A stretch of 64,000 nt of DNA from assembly GCA_963829155.1 (NCBI GenBank), contig CAWHIA010000007.1:34288-98287 (forward strand), given 5' to 3'. This stretch comes from an uncultured Chloroflexia bacterium. Its GTDB lineage: Bacteria; Chloroflexota; Limnocylindria; Limnocylindrales; CSP1-4. The translations under genes were made by a program, and so were the position numbers. Positions 10,651 to 20,393 of this stretch are shown one piece after another; position 1 is the first letter of the stretch; every line of letters starts with the position of its first letter. A model generated the notes under the pieces. It was not told the DNA's origin. It made no database searches and saw nothing but the letters and a program-made list of their open reading frames with translations.

Positions 10651-12163
10651 CGGCGATGGCCTGCTCGGTGCCGGCGGCGTCGAGCTCACCCGCGAGGTAC
10701 TGCGACACGGCCGTGTCGAGCACGTTCTGCTCGTAACGCACGGTCAACGGGATGCGGAGGTCGAGCACCATGTTCTTGTTCTCGAGGCTGGCCTTGATGG
10801 CGCCAAGATAGTTGGTCGCGGCATCCTGGCTGAGCCCCGCGTCGATCCAGGGCTGGATGTTGGTGAACTGTGACGTCCGGTACGGGTTGTAGCCGGTCTT
10901 GCCCAGCGTGACATCCACGCCCGAGATCGCCGGTGAGCTCATGTACGACAGGAAGTCGTACACGGCGTCCTGGTTCGCCTTGGGTGATGCAGCGTTGACC
11001 GCACCGGACCAGCCACCGAACGAGGCGAACGGCGCGTAGTTCACACCGTCGACGGCATTGGGACAGGTCGTCGCGTCACACGGGACGAGCTTGCCCGTGG
11101 AGCGGTCGAGGACTTCCTTCCAGCCCGGGGTGATGGTCGCGGCGGTCTTGTCCTGAGCGTAGGTCCCGGGCGTCAGCGTGCCGATGTCGCCCCAGTCCAT
11201 CGACAGGGCGCAGCGACCGGTCGTGAACAGGCCGCGGGTGTCGCCGACGCCCATGTTCAGCTCGTCGGGCGGGCCGAACGTCTTGGTCTTCGCGTAGGTC
11301 TCGAGCGCCTTGGTCATGGCCTCGTTGGGCCCGAACAGCGGGTTCATGTTCGAGGTGTCGAAGAACGCGCCGTCGTTCGTGCCCTTCGCCTGGAGCAGGC
11401 CGGCGGCGATCGAGATGATCCACCAGAAGGACTGCTGGCCCTTCTTCTTGGCGATGCACGACCCGTAGTCCGGCTGGCCGTCACCGTTGAGGTCCTGGCC
11501 GTTGTATTTCTCCGCGATCGTGAGGTAGTCGTCCCACGTCGCCGGCGGCTTGACGCCGTCCTTGTCGAGGATGTCCTTGCGGTAATAGACCATGTGGAAG
11601 TCGCCGTCGAGCGGGATCGTGTAGACCTTGCCGTCGTAGGTCGCGTTGAAGTCCCGGAAGAACGGGCCGATGTCCTGCCAGTCGAGTTGGGGATCGTTGT
11701 TCACGCGATCGGTCAGGTCGGCGAGGTAGCCCGGGCCGACGAAGTCGCCCAGCCACTGCGGGTTGAACACGTAGGCGTCGAAGGCGTTGGTGCCGGTCGA
11801 CGCATCGAGCAGGGCCTTGTCGTAGATGGTCTGGAAGCCGACCGCGACGACGTTGACATGGCCGCCGGTCAGGCACTCCCAATCCGGCGCCCGGCGCTGG
11901 AGCGGTTCCGCGACCTGCGGGCCGTTGAAGGTCAGGATGTTGACGTTGGCACCCTTGAACTTGCCGTCCGTGGTGCACGCCGCCGCCTGGGACGGCGCCT
12001 CAGCAGATGCCGGCGCGGGCTCGGACGGGGCGGCGACAGACGCCGGCGCCGGCGTCGCTGCCGGGGCGGATGCGGCGGGCGATGGAGTCGCGGATTGGCC
12101 TGAACAGGCCGCCATCACGAACACCATGCCGACCGCGGGCGCGATCGATCTGAACCGCGACAC
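10568..12163 (-). CDS. sugar ABC transporter substrate-binding lipoprotein
   Basis: 531 aa with signal peptide and lipobox VMAACSG followed by an Ala/Pro/Ser linker, then a family-1 solute-binding fold. GTG start preceded by GAGGAGGAG. Confidence 0.85.
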   Translation of the reverse strand: MSRFRSIAPAVGMVFVMAACSGQSATPSPAASAPAATPAPASVAAPSEPAPASAEAPSQAAACTTDGKFKGANVNILTFNGPQVAEPLQRRAPDWECLTGGHVNVVAVGFQTIYDKALLDASTGTNAFDAYVFNPQWLGDFVGPGYLADLTDRVNNDPQLDWQDIGPFFRDFNATYDGKVYTIPLDGDFHMVYYRKDILDKDGVKPPATWDDYLTIAEKYNGQDLNGDGQPDYGSCIAKKKGQQSFWWIISIAAGLLQAKGTNDGAFFDTSNMNPLFGPNEAMTKALETYAKTKTFGPPDELNMGVGDTRGLFTTGRCALSMDWGDIGTLTPGTYAQDKTAATITPGWKEVLDRSTGKLVPCDATTCPNAVDGVNYAPFASFGGWSGAVNAASPKANQDAVYDFLSYMSSPAISGVDVTLGKTGYNPYRTSQFTNIQPWIDAGLSQDAATNYLGAIKASLENKNMVLDLRIPLTVRYEQNVLDTAVSQYLAGELDAAGTEQAIADGWNAITDEAGKDKQLAAYIASLGVQR

Positions 12164-12198
12164 GCACTCTCCTCCTCTTGACCGCCGCCCTGTGCGTC

Positions 12199-12236
12199 CA
12201 GCATACTGAACAGCCGGCGGTAGGTTGAACAGTATG
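12199..12236. promoter_or_regulatory. candidate IclR operator pair in the SBP/iclR divergent region (CAGCATACTGAAC ... GTTGAACAGTATG)
   Basis: The box at 12199-12211 matches 12 of 13 nt of the box at 15094-15106. The outer arms CATACTG / CAGTATG are inverted repeats. Confidence 0.4.
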
Positions 12237-12337
12237 GGGACCGCCGCGGCCGCAAGTCAATATGTTGTACGCGGTCCATCCTGCTGGCCGGCGCAAGACC
12301 ACCGGCGAGCCCTTCGGTCACGAGAAAGCGGAGCCCG

Positions 12338-13132
12338 ATGACGGACACGACGGTCGAACGCGAGGCGGAGCCGGAGTCCCTGGCGCCCGCGGTCACCCGT
12401 GCGGCCCTGATCCTCGAGGTCCTGGCCGAGTCCGCGACCGAGGCCGTTGGACCGAGCGAGCTCGCACGTCGGCTCGGGCTCCCGAAGTCGTCGATCGCCA
12501 ACATCTGCGGCGCGCTCGCCGACGCCGGCCTCGTGCGGCGCATCGGGACCGGGTTCTCGCTCGGTCGTCGGCTGGCCGAGCTCGGCGGCGCCTACCTCGG
12601 CTCGGTCGACCAGGTCCAGGAGTTCTACGACGTCGCGCGCCAGCTGCCGGCGGCGTCCGAGGAGACTGTGCAGTTCGCGGTCCTCGACGGGCTCGAGGTC
12701 ACGTATCTGGCGCGTCACGATGGGCGCCAGCCGGTCCGCCTGACGTCGGGCATCGGGCGACGGCTCCCGGCCTTCTCGACCGCGACCGGCAAGGCCGCGC
12801 TCGCGTCGCTGCCGCTCGACGAGCTCGACCGGCGGCTCGACGGTCTGACCACGCTCGACCAGCCCAACCCGCGGGCGCACGCCACGGTCGGCTCGCTGCG
12901 CGCCGACCTCGACGCGACTCGCGAGCGTGGCTACGCGATCGACGACGAGGAGACCATGGAGGGCGTCGTCTGCTACGGCGTGATGATCCCCGCGCGCCAG
13001 CCGGGCGAGGGTCCGTGCGCCGCCAGCATCACGCTGCTCAAGGTGCGTGCGACGCCGGAGCGCGTCCCGGCCCTGCTCGCCGACCTGCGCGGGCTGGCCT
13101 CCGAGCTGTCGGACCCGCTCCGCCGCTCGTAG
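12338..13132 (+). CDS. IclR-family transcriptional regulator
   Basis: 264 aa with an N-terminal wHTH (GPSELARRLGLPKSSIANICGAL) and an IclR effector domain. Confidence 0.9.
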   Translation: MTDTTVEREAEPESLAPAVTRAALILEVLAESATEAVGPSELARRLGLPKSSIANICGALADAGLVRRIGTGFSLGRRLAELGGAYLGSVDQVQEFYDVARQLPAASEETVQFAVLDGLEVTYLARHDGRQPVRLTSGIGRRLPAFSTATGKAALASLPLDELDRRLDGLTTLDQPNPRAHATVGSLRADLDATRERGYAIDDEETMEGVVCYGVMIPARQPGEGPCAASITLLKVRATPERVPALLADLRGLASELSDPLRRS

Positions 13133-13145
13133 CCGGGGGATCGGC

Positions 13146-14000
13146 TCAGCCGACCCGCAGCCCGTAGACCTCGATGGCGGTGCCGCCCATCACCGCCGAC
13201 TGCTCTCCGGCGGACAGCCCGGCCAGCAGCGTCCGCGTCGTCTCGACGACCCGCTCGTACGGCGCCGCCAGCAGCGACACCGGCCAGTCCGACCCGAACA
13301 TCAGGCGATCCGGCCCGAACACCTCGAGCGCCCGGTCGACGTAGGGCACGAGATCCTCGGTCGACCAGGCCACCCAGTCCGCCTCGGTGACCAGGCCCGA
13401 CAGCTTGCAGGCGACGTTCGACAGCGGCGAGAACAGTCCGAGCCGCTCGGACCACGGCGACATCGCCCGCTCGCGGACGGACGGCTTCGCGAGGTGGTCG
13501 ATGACGAACCGGACGTCCGGCAGCGCCTGGGCGGCCTCGAACGCCGCCGGGAGCTCGCGGGCCCGCACCAGCAGGTCGTAGGCGAGGCCCGCCCGCCCGA
13601 CGGCGGCCAGCCCGCGGACGACGTCGGGGCGCAGCAGCCAGTCGGGATCCGGCTCGTCGTGCACCTGGTGGCGGATCCCGACCAGGCGTTCGCCGCCCGG
13701 CGCCTCGCGGAGCGCGGCCAGGTCGTCGGCGACGGCGGGGCTCGTGAGGTCCGCCCACGCCACCACGCCCACGATTCGAGGCGTGGCCGCGGCGGTGGCC
13801 AGGAACTCGCGGCTCTCGGCGGTCGAGGACCGGGTCTGGACGAGGACGGTCGCGTCGACGCCGGCCGCATCGAGCACGGGGAGCAGATCGGTGACGTCGA
13901 ACCGCCGCCGGATCGCGGCAAGGTCGTCGGTCATCCACGGGTAGTCGGCTCCGGCCGGGTCCCACAGGTGGTGGTGGGCGTCGACGACGGGCGTGGTCAT
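13146..14000 (-). CDS. amidohydrolase-2 family lactonase (L-fucono-1,5-lactonase-like)
   Basis: Begins at MTTPVVDAHHHLW (metal-binding HxH) and ends with the FGSDWP motif. ATGA overlap with the upstream aldo/keto reductase (AKR) gene. Confidence 0.85.
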   Translation of the reverse strand: MTTPVVDAHHHLWDPAGADYPWMTDDLAAIRRRFDVTDLLPVLDAAGVDATVLVQTRSSTAESREFLATAAATPRIVGVVAWADLTSPAVADDLAALREAPGGERLVGIRHQVHDEPDPDWLLRPDVVRGLAAVGRAGLAYDLLVRARELPAAFEAAQALPDVRFVIDHLAKPSVRERAMSPWSERLGLFSPLSNVACKLSGLVTEADWVAWSTEDLVPYVDRALEVFGPDRLMFGSDWPVSLLAAPYERVVETTRTLLAGLSAGEQSAVMGGTAIEVYGLRVG

Positions 14001-15031
14001 GCCGCGACCGGGACCGGCGCCGCGGGGTCGATGAGGCCGCTCGTCCGCAGGTCCTCCCACAGGGCCGGCGGGATCGGGTGCCGCAGCAGCGCCGGGTATT
14101 CGTCGAGGTGGGCGATCGTCCGGACGCCCGCGATGAGCCCGGCGACGGCCGGATGGGCGAGCGGAAACTGCATCGCCGCGGCGCGGACGGGGACGCCGTG
14201 CCGCTCGCAGGCCTCCCGCAGGCCCCGGGCTCGCTGGACGATCGCTGCCGGCGCCGGCGAGTAGTCGAACGCCGCGCCGGGCCCCGGGTCGGCGAGCACG
14301 CCGCTGTTCATCACGCCACCGGCCATCACCGCGACGCCCCGTTCGACGCACGCCGGCAGCAGGTCGGCGAGCGCCTCCTGGTCGAGCAGCGTGTAGCGGT
14401 TGGCCAGCAGGATCACGTCGATGTCGGCCTCGCGAACGAAGCGCGCCAGCATCGGTGCCTGGTTCATCCCCGCCCCGATCGCGCGGACCACGCCCGCCTC
14501 GCGCAGCCGGTGGAGCGCCGGGTAGGCCCCGTCGATTGCCGCCTGCCAGTGGTCGTCGGGGTCGTGGATGTAGGCGATGTCGATCCGGTCGAGCCCGAGT
14601 CGCTCGAGGCTCTCGTCGATCGAGCGCCTGACGCCGTCCGCGCTGTAGTCGAACACGACGTGGCGGCCCGCCGTGTCTGTGTAGAACGCGTCGTCCTGGC
14701 CGTCGCGAGCCTGGTGGTCGAGGTCCTCACTGCCGGTGAGGGCAGCCGTCGGCCGGACCAGGCGACCGACCTTCGTCGACAGCACGAACTCGTCGCGCGG
14801 CCGACCCGCCAGGCCCGCGCCCATCCGGCGCTCGGCGGCGCCGTAGCCGTACAGCGGCGCGACATCGAACGACCGGATCCCGAGCGACCAGCCGTGCCGG
14901 ACGAGGGCGATCGCGTCGGCGTCGGCGACCGGCCGGTAGAGCCCGCCGATCGATGCCCCGCCGAGCCCGAGGCGCGTGGTCCGCAGCGCCGTCCGTCCGA
15001 TGGCGACGCGGTCGAACGGTTCGTACGGCAC
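13997..15031 (-). CDS. aldo/keto reductase (L-fucose / D-threo-aldose 1-dehydrogenase-like)
   Basis: 344 aa with aldo/keto reductase (AKR) fold motifs (GLGGASIGG, FDVAPLYGYG, IHDPD). GTG start with GAGGAA upstream. Confidence 0.9.
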   Translation of the reverse strand: MPYEPFDRVAIGRTALRTTRLGLGGASIGGLYRPVADADAIALVRHGWSLGIRSFDVAPLYGYGAAERRMGAGLAGRPRDEFVLSTKVGRLVRPTAALTGSEDLDHQARDGQDDAFYTDTAGRHVVFDYSADGVRRSIDESLERLGLDRIDIAYIHDPDDHWQAAIDGAYPALHRLREAGVVRAIGAGMNQAPMLARFVREADIDVILLANRYTLLDQEALADLLPACVERGVAVMAGGVMNSGVLADPGPGAAFDYSPAPAAIVQRARGLREACERHGVPVRAAAMQFPLAHPAVAGLIAGVRTIAHLDEYPALLRHPIPPALWEDLRTSGLIDPAAPVPVAA

Positions 15032-15071
15032 TCGATTCCTCGGTTGACGCTGGTCGGAAGCCTAGCGTATC

Positions 15072-15106
15072 GTTCAATCAGTCGGCCACGGGTCAGTATA
15101 CTGAAC
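15072..15106. promoter_or_regulatory. candidate IclR operator overlapping a TATACT -10 (GTTCAATCAG ... TCAGTATACTGAAC)
   Basis: A perfect 12-bp palindrome TCAGTATACTGA lies at 15093-15104. The 9-mer ATACTGAAC is identical to 12203-12211. Confidence 0.4.
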
Positions 15107-15119
15107 GGGAGCGAGGGTT

Positions 15120-16036
15120 TTGCGGCTGATCTCGGTCCGTGCGGGGTCGGAAGCGCGTCTGGGCGTCCAGGCCGGGGACCGCTGGCTGCCCGCAGCGGAC
15201 CTCACGCGGATGGTCCCACGACGATGGACGCCCTGCTCCGGGGCGGCCGCGAAGCCCTGGCGGCGCTCGCCGCCGCGCACGACGAGGACCGCATCCGCCG
15301 CGACGGCCGGCCGGTGGTCGAGGCGGACCTCCTGGCGCCGGTCGGACGCCCCGGGAAGGTCGTCGCGATCGGCCGCAACTACCGCGACCATGCCGCCGAG
15401 GAGGGCGTCGACCCGCCGCCCGCGCCGCTGATCTTCGCCAAGTGGCCCAGCGCCATCGTCGGGCCCGGCGCGGACATCCGCTGGGACCCCGGCCTGACGG
15501 CGCAGGTCGACTACGAGGCCGAGCTGGCCGTCGTCATCGGGACGACCGCCCGCCGGGTGTCGGAGGCTGAGGCCCTGGCCCACGTTCTCGGCTACACGTG
15601 CCTCAACGACGTGTCGGCGCGCGACATCCAGTTCGGCGACGGCCAGTGGACGCGCGGCAAGTCGCTCGACACGTTCTGCCCGATGGGCCCGGCGCTCGTG
15701 ACCGCCGACGAGATCCCGGACCCGCAGGCGCTCGAGATCGAGTGCCGGGTGAACGACGAGGTCCTGCAGCACGCCAGCACCGCGCAGATGTACTTCGGCG
15801 TCGCGGCGATCATCAGCCATTGCTCGATGGCGTTCACGCTCGAGCCCGGCGACGTGATCGCGACCGGGACGCCGGGCGGCGTCGGGATCTTCCGCGACCC
15901 GCCGGTGCTGCTCGCCGACGGAGACGTGGTGACAGTGTCGATCGAGGGCATCGGGCAGCTGACCAACCGGTGCCGGGTCGAGGGCAGGACCGCCTCCGCG
16001 GGCGAGGCCGCGCCGCCGGCGGCGGCCGTCTCGTGA
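15120..16036 (+). pseudogene. fumarylacetoacetate hydrolase family protein (2,4-diketo-3-deoxy-L-fuconate hydrolase-like), one frame break
   Basis: TTG 15120 opens MRLISVRAGSEARLGVQAGDRWLPAADLT. The sequence continues in the frame of ORF 14078..16036 (TTMDALLRGG...GRNYRDHAAE...EAELAVVIG...TGTPGGVG). The break is near 15215-15220. Confidence 0.85.
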
Positions 16037-17043
16037 GCGGCACGGGGGAGCGGTTCCTCGTCACCGGCGCGATGGGCTGCATCGGCGCCTGGACCGTCCG
16101 GACCCTGATCCGCGACGGGGCGTCGGTGACGTCGTTCGACCTCGGCACCGATGCGCGCCGCCTGGCCCAGATCATGACCGCGGACGAGCTCGCCGCCGTC
16201 GACATCGTCAAGGGCGACATCACCGACCTGCGCCAGGTCAGCGCCACGCTCGACGGCAAGGACATCACCAACGTCATCCACCTCGCCGCCCTGCAGGTCC
16301 CGTTCTGCCGCGCCGATCCGCCGCTGGGGGCGATGGTCAACGTCGTCGGCACCGTGAACGTGTTCGAGGCCGTCAAGCGCCGCGGTGCCGGGATGGCGCC
16401 GGTCGTGTACACGAGCTCGATCGGGATGTACGCGGCCGATGACGCGGACCCCGCCACCGGGCGGCTGCTCGCCGACGCCGAGGCCCACCCGCACAACCAC
16501 TACGGCGTGTACAAGCAGGCCAACGAGGGCAACGCCCGCGTGTACTGGCTGGACGACGGCGTCCCCAGCATCGGCCTGCGCCCGATGACGGTGTACGGCG
16601 TCGGTCGCGACCAGGGCATGACGAGCGGCCCCACCAAGGCGATCGTCGCCGCGGTCCTGGGCCGGCCCTACACGGTGAGCTTCGGCGGCCCGACGCTGTT
16701 CCAGTACGCCGAGGACGCCGCGCGCCTGCTGATCGCGGCCAGCCGCAGTCGCGGCGCCGAGGCGCACGTGTACAACATGCCGGGCACGATGGCGGAGGGG
16801 GCAGACCTCGTCGCGGCGATCGAGTCGACCCTGCCCGACGCGCGGGGGCTGGTCGACTTCGAGCCGGTCAGCCTCCCGTTCCCGGTCGAGATCGACCACG
16901 ACGGGATCGAGATCATCGGGCCCGTGCCGTTGACCTCGTTCGCTGACGGGGTGCGCGAGAGCATCGCGATCTACCGGGGGCTGGCCGCCGCGGGCCGCCT
17001 CGACGGGGCCGCACACGGCCTCGAGGTGCTCGCCTCGACGTAG
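16033..17043 (+). CDS. NAD-dependent epimerase/dehydratase-type (extended SDR) oxidoreductase
   Basis: Has the Rossmann motif VTGAMGCIGAW and the catalytic YGVYK. The GTG overlaps the preceding stop (GTGA). Confidence 0.85.
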   Translation: MSGTGERFLVTGAMGCIGAWTVRTLIRDGASVTSFDLGTDARRLAQIMTADELAAVDIVKGDITDLRQVSATLDGKDITNVIHLAALQVPFCRADPPLGAMVNVVGTVNVFEAVKRRGAGMAPVVYTSSIGMYAADDADPATGRLLADAEAHPHNHYGVYKQANEGNARVYWLDDGVPSIGLRPMTVYGVGRDQGMTSGPTKAIVAAVLGRPYTVSFGGPTLFQYAEDAARLLIAASRSRGAEAHVYNMPGTMAEGADLVAAIESTLPDARGLVDFEPVSLPFPVEIDHDGIEIIGPVPLTSFADGVRESIAIYRGLAAAGRLDGAAHGLEVLAST

Positions 17044-17051
17044 CTTGCCTC

Positions 17052-17087
17052 CCCGTCCGGGCTCAGACTCCTCCGAGCCCGGGCGGG
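17052..17087 (+). terminator. GC hairpin (core CCGGGCTC-N10-GAGCCCGG) after the SDR gene
   Basis: Stem of about 12 bp beginning 9 nt after the stop at 17041-17043. Confidence 0.4.
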
Positions 17088-17246
17088 GCCCGGCGCTCGC
17101 ATCGGGCGCAGATGGGGCACTGGAAGTCTCCACAGACCTCGAGCGTGACGGGGGCGTCGGCCTTGGCGACCGCGCGATCGCGCCTCGTGCCGTTCGGCCC
17201 TTTGGGGAGTTGCATCCGGCCCGCTCCAGTTGATACTGTGTCTCAC

Positions 17247-18125
17247 ATGACACCGACGCCCACGACCGCCCCGCACAGCCACGACCGCGAGCTGGACGCG
17301 CCACACGCCCACGCGCACGCGGACGTGTGGCTCAGCGACGTCACCGCAGGCTACGGCGAGCGGATCGCGCTCGAGCACGTGTCGGTCGCGGTCGAGCCCG
17401 GAAGCCTGCTGGCGGTCGTCGGGCCGAACGGGGCCGGCAAGAGCACGCTGCTCAAGCTGATGGCCGGGCTGCTGCAGCCGTGGTCGGGCCGGCTCGAGAT
17501 CCTCGGCGCACCGGCGGGGCGCGAGGCCCGGCGCGTGGCCTACGTCCCCCAGGCCGAGATGGTCGACTGGGCGTTCCCGGTCACCGTCGAGGACGTGGTG
17601 ATGATGGGCCGCTTCCCGCGCCTCGGGCCGATCCGGCGGCCGGGCCGGGACGATCGCAGGGCCGTCGTCGACGCGCTGACGCAGGTCGGGATGGAGCGCC
17701 ACCTGCGGACGCAGATCGGGCGCCTGTCCGGCGGGCAGCGGCGGCGGGTGTTCCTCGCCCGGGCCCTGGCCGCGGAGCCGGACCTGTTCCTGCTCGACGA
17801 GCCGGTGACGGGGATCGACGCGACCACGCAGGAGCTCCTGATGGACCTGCTCGAGGCACAGGCGCAGCGCGGCAAGACAGTCGTCGCCACCACCCACGAC
17901 CTCGCGTGCGCGGCGCAGCGGTTCCAGCAGGTGCTGGCCGTCAACCGGACGGTCGTCGCCTACGGGCCCTCGAACATCGTCCTCGACGCCGACGTCCTCG
18001 CCGCCGCCTACGGCGGCCACCTGCTGGTACTCGAGGGCCGGACCGTCATCCTCGACGACGCCCACCACCATGACGACGCAGCCCCCGGCGAGCGCCACTT
18101 CCACGAGCGGGACGGGAGCCGCTGA
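17247..18125 (+). CDS. metal (Zn/Mn-type) ABC transporter ATP-binding protein
   Basis: Walker A GPNGAGKST, signature LSGGQRRR, Walker B LFLLDEP, and His-rich N- and C-termini. The ATG lies a few nt after a TTGCAT-N16-GATACT promoter-like pair, so the mRNA is possibly leaderless. Confidence 0.9.
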   Translation: MTPTPTTAPHSHDRELDAPHAHAHADVWLSDVTAGYGERIALEHVSVAVEPGSLLAVVGPNGAGKSTLLKLMAGLLQPWSGRLEILGAPAGREARRVAYVPQAEMVDWAFPVTVEDVVMMGRFPRLGPIRRPGRDDRRAVVDALTQVGMERHLRTQIGRLSGGQRRRVFLARALAAEPDLFLLDEPVTGIDATTQELLMDLLEAQAQRGKTVVATTHDLACAAQRFQQVLAVNRTVVAYGPSNIVLDADVLAAAYGGHLLVLEGRTVILDDAHHHDDAAPGERHFHERDGSR

Positions 18126-18982
18126 TGGACCTGATCCTCGAGCCCCTCTCGCTCGGCTTCTTCGATCGCGCCCTTGTCGCCTCGGCGATGGTGGGGCTCG
18201 TATGTGCGGTCGTCGGCACGTACGTCGTGCTGCGCGGCATCGCGTTCATCGGCGACGCCATCGCGCACGCCTCGTTCCCGGGCGTCGTGGCCGCGTTCCT
18301 GCTCGCGGTCCCGTTCTACCTCGGCGCGGCGGTGGCGGCGGTCGGCACGGCACTGGCGATCGGCTACGTGACCAAGCGGGCGGGGATCCGCCAGGACACG
18401 GCGATCGGGGTGCTGTTCGCCGGCACGTTCGCGCTCGGCGTGTTCATGTTCAGCGCGATCCAGGGCTACGTCGCCGACCTGTTCAGCTTCCTGTTCGGCA
18501 ACGTCCTCGCGATCAGCCCCCAGGACCTCGTCGCGCTGCTGCTGCTCGGGTCGGGCGTGCTCGTCGTGGTCGCGCTCCTGTGGAAGGAGCTGCTGTACGC
18601 GACGTTCGACCCGCTGGGCGCCGCGGCGTCGGGGATCCCGGTCGAGCGTCTCGAGTACCTGTTCCTCGCGCTCGTCGCGCTGACGATCGTCGTCAGTCTC
18701 CAGGCCGTCGGGATCATCCTCGTGGTCGCCATGCTGGTGACGCCGGCCGCGACCGCGCAGATGCTCGTCGTCCGCTTCACCCGGCTGATGGCGGTGGCCG
18801 CGCTGGTCGGCATCACGAGCGCGGTGCTCGGGCTCTACCTCTCGTACTGGCTGGACGTGGCGAGCGGCGCCACGATCGTGCTCGTCCAGACCGGCCTGTT
18901 CCTGCTCGCGATGGTGCTCGGCCCGCGCGGGATGCTCGCCCGGCGTCGTGCCGTGGGGGTGGCGCTCGAGGCCGTGGCGTGA
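18125..18982 (+). CDS. metal ABC transporter permease (ABC-3 family)
   Basis: 285 aa with 8-9 TM segments of ZnuB/MntB-type. Its start abuts the ATPase stop. Confidence 0.9.
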   Translation: MDLILEPLSLGFFDRALVASAMVGLVCAVVGTYVVLRGIAFIGDAIAHASFPGVVAAFLLAVPFYLGAAVAAVGTALAIGYVTKRAGIRQDTAIGVLFAGTFALGVFMFSAIQGYVADLFSFLFGNVLAISPQDLVALLLLGSGVLVVVALLWKELLYATFDPLGAAASGIPVERLEYLFLALVALTIVVSLQAVGIILVVAMLVTPAATAQMLVVRFTRLMAVAALVGITSAVLGLYLSYWLDVASGATIVLVQTGLFLLAMVLGPRGMLARRRAVGVALEAVA

Positions 18983-19425
18983 CGGCCGCCGAGGCGCTGG
19001 TCGCCGCCCTGGACGACGCGGGCTACCGGCTGACCGAGCCGCGCCGGACCGTCGCCGACCTCGTCGCCGCGCGGGAGGGCCACTTCACGGCGGCGGACCT
19101 CGTCGACGACGCGCGCCGCCGGCGGCTGACGATCGGGCGGGCGACGATCTTCCGGGCGCTCGACGTGTTCGCGGACCTGCGGCTGGTGGAGCGGATCGAC
19201 CTCCCCGACGGCGACCACGCGTACGTCGGCTGCGACCCCGTCCACCACCACCACGCGATCTGCACCCGCTGCGGCCGATCGCAGGACATCGACGACCTCG
19301 GCCTGAACGACGTGCTGGCGGCGGTCGGGGATCGGCTCGAGTTCACCGTCACGTCGCACCGGTTGGAGCTGTTCGGCCTGTGCGCGGCGTGTCGAGCATC
19401 CGGCGCATCCGCTCCCGTCGCGTGA
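18979..19425 (+). CDS. Fur-family metalloregulator (Zur-like)
   Basis: Begins at GTG 18979 (GTGA overlap). It has a winged helix (TIGRATIFRALDVF), a His cluster HHHHAICTRCG, and a C-terminal CAAC. Confidence 0.85.
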   Translation: MTAAEALVAALDDAGYRLTEPRRTVADLVAAREGHFTAADLVDDARRRRLTIGRATIFRALDVFADLRLVERIDLPDGDHAYVGCDPVHHHHAICTRCGRSQDIDDLGLNDVLAAVGDRLEFTVTSHRLELFGLCAACRASGASAPVA

Positions 19426-20372
19426 GGGCCGGCTTCGCCCCGGTCACCGGCCCCCTCTGTGCGACCGTGGCCGTGGTCCTGGTCGCGATCGTCCTGGCCG
19501 GCTGCGGCAATCGGGCCGCGTTGGGTCCGGCGGGTCCCACACCCGACCCCGACGCGATCGAGGTCGTCGCCACGACCACGGTGCTGGCCGACCTCGTCGC
19601 CCAGGTGGGCGGCACCCGGGTCGACGTCCACAGCCTCGTGCCCAAGGGCGGCGAGGTCCACACGTTCGACCCGACGCCGGCCGACGTCGAGCGGATCGCG
19701 CACGCCGACCTGATCGTGCGCAACGGCCTGGGGCTCGACGACTGGCTGACGGCGCTGGTCGAGGACGCCGGGACCGCCGCGCCGGTCGTGGCCCTGGGCG
19801 AACACCTGCCGGGCGTGACCTACCTCGAAGGCGAGGGCGGGCCGGGCTCGACCAACCCGCACGTCTGGATGAACGTCGCCTACGCCTCCGAGTACGTCGA
19901 CGCGATCGAGGCCGCGCTGACGGCGGCCGATCCGGGTCACGCGGACGCGATCGCGGCCCGGGCGACGGCCTACCGGGCGCAGCTGACGGCGCTGGACGGC
20001 GAGATCCGGGACCGGCTCGCTGCCGTGCCGGTCGCCGACCGGAGCGTCGTCTCGTTCCACGACGCGTTTCCCTACTTCGCGGCCGCCTACGGGCTGACGA
20101 TCGTGGGCACGGTCGTCGACGCGCCCGGCCAGGACCCGAGCGCCGGCGCGATCGGCGACCTCATCCGCGCGATGCGGACGAGCGGCGCGAAGGTCATCTT
20201 CTCCGAGGCCCAGTTCAACGACGCGCTGGTCCAGGCGATCGCCGCCGACGCCGGCGCGGTCGTCGTCAACGACCTGTACGACGACACGCTGGGCAACGCA
20301 CCGGCCGACACCTACGCCGGGATGATGCGCTGGAACGCGGACCGGGTGATCGAGGCGGTCAGCGGCGCCTGA
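19422..20372 (+). CDS. metal ABC transporter substrate-binding lipoprotein (ZnuA/TroA-like)
   Basis: GTG 19422 (GTGA overlap), lipobox LAGCG, and cluster-9 solute-binding motifs (HTFDPTP, NPHVWMN, FHDAFPYF). Confidence 0.9.
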   Translation: MRAGFAPVTGPLCATVAVVLVAIVLAGCGNRAALGPAGPTPDPDAIEVVATTTVLADLVAQVGGTRVDVHSLVPKGGEVHTFDPTPADVERIAHADLIVRNGLGLDDWLTALVEDAGTAAPVVALGEHLPGVTYLEGEGGPGSTNPHVWMNVAYASEYVDAIEAALTAADPGHADAIAARATAYRAQLTALDGEIRDRLAAVPVADRSVVSFHDAFPYFAAAYGLTIVGTVVDAPGQDPSAGAIGDLIRAMRTSGAKVIFSEAQFNDALVQAIAADAGAVVVNDLYDDTLGNAPADTYAGMMRWNADRVIEAVSGA

Positions 20373-20393
20373 GGCTCACCGCGCGGCGGCCGG

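Noticed and set aside
17044-17246. A Zur/Fur box upstream of the metal ABC operon
   Set aside because: No AT-rich palindrome of the Fur/Zur type was found. Only a promoter-like TTGCAT-N16-GATACT pair is present, so the regulator's operator cannot be located from this sequence alone.
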